A stretch of 11,419 nt of DNA from assembly GCA_039586795.1 (NCBI GenBank), contig JBDHJS010000081.1, positions 1 through 11,419 of the forward strand. The letters are read 5' to 3'. The notes under the pieces are model-generated. The model ran no database searches and was not told where the DNA came from. It was given only the letters and a program-made list of their open reading frames with translations. The stretch is from Gemmatimonadota bacterium. GTDB lineage: Bacteria > Gemmatimonadota > Gemmatimonadetes > Palauibacterales > KS3-K002. Both the position numbers and the translations under genes were made by a program. Shown here piece by piece: positions 7,246 to 11,419 of this stretch (positions are counted from its first letter, which is position 1; each line of letters begins with the position of its first letter).

Positions 7246-8115
7246 ATGGGGGCGCGGGACCTACTGCCGTTTAAGGTTCGCTACTGGGCGAAACGAAGTA
7301 AGGCTCGCCTTTCTAGGCTACGCCTGCAGTTAACAAGGATTCGCCACCGCAGCGAAGTCGATAACGCGTATCATTGCTGTGTGCACAAGACCGGCAGCCA
7401 GTGGATTCGGGCGATCTTTCAAGACCGGCGTGTCTACACGTACTCTGGATTGCGACCGTTCAACTACCAAACGCAGCGTTTCGGCGGAATTGACGAGCGC
7501 CGCATCACCGAGAGATCGCTGACCGAACCTTTCCCGTTGCGTACCGTCGTCACGCCAATCTACATCGATTACTCCAATTACGCCGGCATTCCCAAGCCGG
7601 AGAATCACCGCGCTTTCTTCGTCATGCGCGATCCTCGGGATGTACTGGTGTCCTGGTACTTCTCCAGTCGGTATTCGCATGGATTGATGGGAGTCGTCGG
7701 TGATGTCAGGAAGATGTTGAGTGATATCCCCAAGAGTGAGGGGCTGTGTTATTCAATTAACCACCTCGGTGAGTTCGGCTTGTTCGAGGCACTCTCGTCG
7801 TGGGTCGATGCGGCACGGGAAGACAAAAACGTCATGCTCGTTCGCTTCGAGGATATTACAGGGGATGATGCCGCGATCCACTTTGGCCGCCTGTTTGAGC
7901 ATCTGGACATTGCGGTTCCTGATCCGATTCTCCGCGAGCTTCTGGATGAGTATTCTTTTGAACGCCTGAGCCGTAGAAAGAAGGGCGACGAAGACAAGAA
8001 AGCGCACTACCGTAAAGGCGTAGCTGGAGATTGGATGAACCACTTCGATGACGCCGTCAGCACCGCCTTCAACGATCTGACTGGCGATCTGATAGCAAAG
8101 CTCGGCTATGAGTGA
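7246..8115 (+). CDS. PAPS-dependent sulfotransferase (Sulfotransfer_1-like)
   Basis: 5'-PSB-like loop HKTGSQW, 3'-PB motif RDPRDVLVSWY, VRFED, SFERL and C-terminal YRKGVAGDWMNHF. Purine-rich RBS (GAGGAACAGAGGAG) upstream. Confidence 0.9.
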   Translation: MGARDLLPFKVRYWAKRSKARLSRLRLQLTRIRHRSEVDNAYHCCVHKTGSQWIRAIFQDRRVYTYSGLRPFNYQTQRFGGIDERRITERSLTEPFPLRTVVTPIYIDYSNYAGIPKPENHRAFFVMRDPRDVLVSWYFSSRYSHGLMGVVGDVRKMLSDIPKSEGLCYSINHLGEFGLFEALSSWVDAAREDKNVMLVRFEDITGDDAAIHFGRLFEHLDIAVPDPILRELLDEYSFERLSRRKKGDEDKKAHYRKGVAGDWMNHFDDAVSTAFNDLTGDLIAKLGYE

Positions 8116-8991
8116 CAACCGGGAGTTGGAAGAGGCCGGGCCCACGCCATCGCAGTCCTTGACCCGAACGCTTAGGAGCAAGTACCAGCAAGCGTTCCGT
8201 CTGTTTGCGCTCAACTACCTTTCGCGGCGTGTACCCTATCTACTGGTGACGGAGTTTCCCAAGTCCGGCGGTACATGGCTCGGCCAGTTGATTTCCGGAT
8301 ACACAGGACTGCCGTTCCCGCGCAACGAGGCACCCAGCCTACAGGAATCAGTATTGCATGGGCATTACCTGCCCGGCGCCAAGCTGGACTCACTCCGCCG
8401 CATCTTCTGGCTCTTGCGGGATGGACGTGACGTGCTCGTCTCGCACTATCATCACCTTCTCATTTGGAACGAGCGGAACGCTAGGCAGCCAAAGGAAGTG
8501 CTGTATCATCGCAGGAGGCTGAGGTTCGAGGACTATGGAGACGTACGTGCGAATTTGCCTGCCTTCATCGACTTCGCGTTCACGCATCGACCCTCGCGGT
8601 TACACCGCTTCACCTTCATGGGCGACTGGGCCACGTTCAACGAAGCGTGGTTGACGCAGGATCGCGTGCCAGCTGATTTGATAGTGCGAACCCGCTACGA
8701 GGATCTGCTGGAGAATACGAAGGTGGAGCTTGCCCGAGTCTTGGGGGCAGCGCTCGATGAAACAATCGACGTCGATCGAGTTGAGCGGTCGAAGACCACT
8801 CCTTCGAACGTTTAGCAGGTCGCAAGCCGGGCCAGGAGGAGAAGAGCAGCTTCCTGCGGAAAGGCATCGCCGGTGACTGGAAGAACTACTTCAGCCGCGA
8901 GGCGGCAGAGGTTTTCGATCAGCACGCTGGGTCGACTCTGGTGCGACTCGGCTACGAAGCAGATCGGAGTTGGGTCGATAGGGTCCCTTAA
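8108..8991 (+). pseudogene. PAPS-dependent sulfotransferase (Sulfotransfer_1-like) interrupted by a frameshift near 8783-8791 (true pseudogene or sequence error)
   Basis: The first frame has FPKSGGTWL, RDGRDVLVSHY and RYEDL, and stops at 8813-8815. The -1 frame from 8785 reads AVEDHSFERLAGRKPGQEEKSSFLRKGIAGDWKNYFSREAAEVFDQHAGSTLVRLGYEADRSWVDRVP* to TAA 8989-8991, which is the expected C-terminus. The start overlaps the upstream stop (ATGAGTGA). Confidence 0.88.
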
Positions 8992-8994
8992 CGC

Positions 8995-9987
8995 ATGAAG
9001 GCCTCTCATCTGGGTTGGCTCAATGCCCCGACAAAGCTTGTCGACCGAGCTGCGGCGAAGCTTGTGGGTGAACGCGCGGCGACCGTCGAGATCACTAAAC
9101 CACTGCTGATTCTGGGTCCGGAGCGATCCGGTACCACGTTGCTCTACAGCCTTCTCGCCAACCACCCGGACCTCTACTGGTTCTCACGACTCGATTCCAT
9201 CGTGCCCGATGCCCCGGTCATCGCAACACGCGTCAGACAGCTAGCAGCCCGTCTTTCTTCGGCTCGACGCCAGTACCACGCGATCCCGGGCACCATCTCC
9301 AGGTCACGCGGTGCGCTTCCGCCATCAGAGTGCTTGCCGTATTGGAGGGGCATCTTTCATTGGGGCGATGAGCAGGACTACGGAGTCGAGGATGATCGGT
9401 TTCTAGCCTCTGAGCTAACAGAAGAGACGCGACTTAGCGTTGCTAGGGACCTGAGAACACGGCTTGGTTTGTCTGGGAAACCCCGACTGCTGTTCAAGCA
9501 ACCTGGATTCTCCCTGAAGATTTCATTCCTCGATGCACTCTTTCCTGATGCCATCTTCATCCACTGCGTTCGTCATCCCATGGACAATCTTCTGAGCATG
9601 GTTAAGGCTAAGCGTGGGTCGGGTGAACGATATTGGGGCACGAAGATCCCAGCGTGGCGCGACTACATCGATGCTGACCCCACTCTGCAAGCGGCCGTGC
9701 AAATTGAGGCGGTGGAGCGAATCATCGCGGAGGATGTGGCGCTCATTGATGATCGGGAGGCTCGCTATACCCGCGTCAGACTGGAGGACCTGCAGACTGA
9801 TGGTGCTGCGAGGATGGCCGAGCTACTCGAGTTCTGCCAACTTGATCCGAGTTCGGCTGTCGACTCGGCGATGAGCCACGTGGTGTCACGCGATGCCGTG
9901 AAGGACTACTCATCTTTAGAGATGTCGCCCGGAGTGGTCGAGATCGTGAAAAGGCTCTGTAGCCAAGCAGATTATCCGCCGCCTTAG
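8995..9987 (+). CDS. PAPS-dependent sulfotransferase (Sulfotransfer_3-like)
   Basis: PLLILGPERSGTTLLYSLLANHP, LLFKQP, LFPDAIFIHCVRHP..NLLS, VRLEDL...LLEFCQL. Starts 3 bp after the reconstructed stop of the previous gene. Confidence 0.9.
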   Translation: MKASHLGWLNAPTKLVDRAAAKLVGERAATVEITKPLLILGPERSGTTLLYSLLANHPDLYWFSRLDSIVPDAPVIATRVRQLAARLSSARRQYHAIPGTISRSRGALPPSECLPYWRGIFHWGDEQDYGVEDDRFLASELTEETRLSVARDLRTRLGLSGKPRLLFKQPGFSLKISFLDALFPDAIFIHCVRHPMDNLLSMVKAKRGSGERYWGTKIPAWRDYIDADPTLQAAVQIEAVERIIAEDVALIDDREARYTRVRLEDLQTDGAARMAELLEFCQLDPSSAVDSAMSHVVSRDAVKDYSSLEMSPGVVEIVKRLCSQADYPPP

Positions 9988-10760
9988 CTTCCGTCTCCGT
10001 TTTTCCCTCTTGCCAATTGTGCTGCAAACAGCGCCAGAAAGCGCGGGTTATGGTAGAGGTATCTGTACCATAAGCGACGCGGCTCTGTGAGAAGGCGGAA
10101 GAACCACTCCAGGCCCAGGTTCTGTATCCACGCTGGAGCCTGACTCTTCGTACCGGCCAGAAAGTCGAAGGCAGCGCCGACACCCAGCATCACAGGGCGC
10201 ACGCGCCCTTTGTGCTCCGACATCCAGCGTTCCTGCTTGGGACATCCGAGTCCAACGAATAGCACGCTGGCTCCCGACGCATTGATCTCATCGACTATGC
10301 GTTGATCTTCTTCTTCCGTTAGAGGGCGAAACGGTGGGCTGTAGACGTACGCGATGTCGAGTTCGGGATACCGCTCTTCTAGGTTGGCGACCATCGCATC
10401 CAGAACCTCTTGTGAACCCCCATAGAAGCCCACCGGAGTTTTCGATCTGGCGGCGTGTTCGCAGAGCACAGGCGTGAGCTGGGGGCCGTAGACTCGAGTC
10501 GCGTGATCCACTCCGAGAAGACGAAGGCCCCAGACAAGCGGAACCCCATCAGGAGTCACCAGGTCGGCCCCGTTCACGAACTCTCTGAAATTCGCATCGT
10601 CGTGGGACTCCATCACCATATGCACCGTGGAAATGCAGACGTAGCGAGGCTCGTTGTTGGCTGCCCACTCGAGAACGCGGCGGCTAGCATCATCATAGCT
10701 CGTCGCGTCCACACGCATCCCCAGGATGTAACGTGATTCGAGATCCGGAATGGCGTCCAT
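9984..10760 (-). CDS. WecG/TagA/CpsF-family glycosyltransferase (GT26)
   Basis: ADLVTPDGVPLVW, RVYGP, FYGG, SPPFRPL, INASGA..LFVGLGCPKQERWM, GVGAAFDF, APAWIQNLGLEWFFRLLTEPRRLWYRYL. AAAGGAG upstream. ATG overlaps the upstream stop (TGATG). Confidence 0.95.
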   Translation of the reverse strand: MDAIPDLESRYILGMRVDATSYDDASRRVLEWAANNEPRYVCISTVHMVMESHDDANFREFVNGADLVTPDGVPLVWGLRLLGVDHATRVYGPQLTPVLCEHAARSKTPVGFYGGSQEVLDAMVANLEERYPELDIAYVYSPPFRPLTEEEDQRIVDEINASGASVLFVGLGCPKQERWMSEHKGRVRPVMLGVGAAFDFLAGTKSQAPAWIQNLGLEWFFRLLTEPRRLWYRYLYHNPRFLALFAAQLARGKNGDGS

Positions 10761-11419
10761 CAACCGTTGGCTCTCCTTTCAGCGTGACGAATGGCATAGT
10801 CGTAGATCTTCATCAGCGACTGGTAATTACCTCCGGCTTCGTATTTCGATTCAAACTCGAGGCGCGCGCCGAGGCTCAGCCGCTCACATACGTCAGCATT
10901 GTTCCATAGTCTCGCGGATGCGTCGGCCAGCTCATGGGCATCGCCTGGCGCAAACAGAATCCCTGTAACTCCATCCTGCACGATTTCGGCGATGCTGCCA
11001 ATCCGTGACCCGATGACCGGCAGACCGCTGGCGTAAGCCTCCGCAAGTGTAACTGGCAAGTTCTCATAGCACTCGGATGGAAAGACCAGAAACCTTGCTC
11101 CTTTGTACAGGTCGATCAGCTCCTCAGGTGTACGGTGGCCGAGAAGCTCTACGTTCCCCAGCTTCCAGTCGTCGATAAGTCGTCTGGCTTCTTCGAGTAG
11201 CGGCCCGTCGCCGGCGATCTTGAGAGGGATCCCGTCCAGATTGCGCCAGGCCTCGAGCAGGGTGTGTACGCCCTTCTCGATCGAGAGGCGCCCTACAAAC
11301 AACACGTAGTCCCCGCCAGCCGGGCCAACGCCCGGGTCAGGTAACAAGAAGTTGGGCTTGACGTGAATGGCGTCCTCTGGGAGGCCGGCGCCCACGAACT
11401 TTTCTCGGGCAAACTCGGT
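10760..11419 (-). CDS. GT4-family (Glycos_transf_1) glycosyltransferase, 5'-truncated by the window
   Basis: Frame is open to the window edge (TEFAREKFVGAGLP...). LFVGRLSIEKG, IAGDGPL, FPSECYENLPVTLAEA (EX7E), PVIGSRIGSIAEIV.DG.TG. Confidence 0.94.
   Translation of the reverse strand, partial: TEFAREKFVGAGLPEDAIHVKPNFLLPDPGVGPAGGDYVLFVGRLSIEKGVHTLLEAWRNLDGIPLKIAGDGPLLEEARRLIDDWKLGNVELLGHRTPEELIDLYKGARFLVFPSECYENLPVTLAEAYASGLPVIGSRIGSIAEIVQDGVTGILFAPGDAHELADASARLWNNADVCERLSLGARLEFESKYEAGGNYQSLMKIYDYAIRHAERRANG

Noticed and set aside
298..11309. Numerous short overlapping or antisense ORFs in the six-frame track
   Set aside because: They are shadows of well-supported genes in GC-rich DNA, with Ser/Arg/Pro-biased composition and no motifs.
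1..11419. CRISPR arrays, tRNA/rRNA genes, IS elements or integrases
   Set aside because: No regularly spaced repeats, cloverleaf or rRNA signatures, or transposase/integrase motifs were seen; nearly all the sequence is explained by CDS.

Overview
GC-rich bacterial window containing part of a surface-polysaccharide (EPS, capsule or O-antigen-type) locus with mixed gene orientation. Left to right: the 3' part of a CapD/PglF/WbpM-type nucleotide-sugar dehydratase (+); a secreted, probably YjbH/GfcD-like beta-barrel protein and a small unknown ORF (-); a Wzz/GumC-type polysaccharide co-polymerase without a kinase domain (+); a lone, divergent, archaeal-looking purM (AIR synthase) on the opposite strand (-); a large KpsD/Wza-like Poly_export + six-SLBB export protein followed by three tandem PAPS-dependent sulfotransferases (+), the middle one split by a frameshift; and a WecG/TagA glycosyltransferase plus the 3' part of a GT4 glycosyltransferase (-). 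The most notable points are the exporter-coupled triple-sulfotransferase unit (candidate sulfated polysaccharide pathway), the solitary purM between co-polymerase and exporter, and the frameshifted sulfotransferase. All family calls come from motifs recognised by eye; no database search was run.
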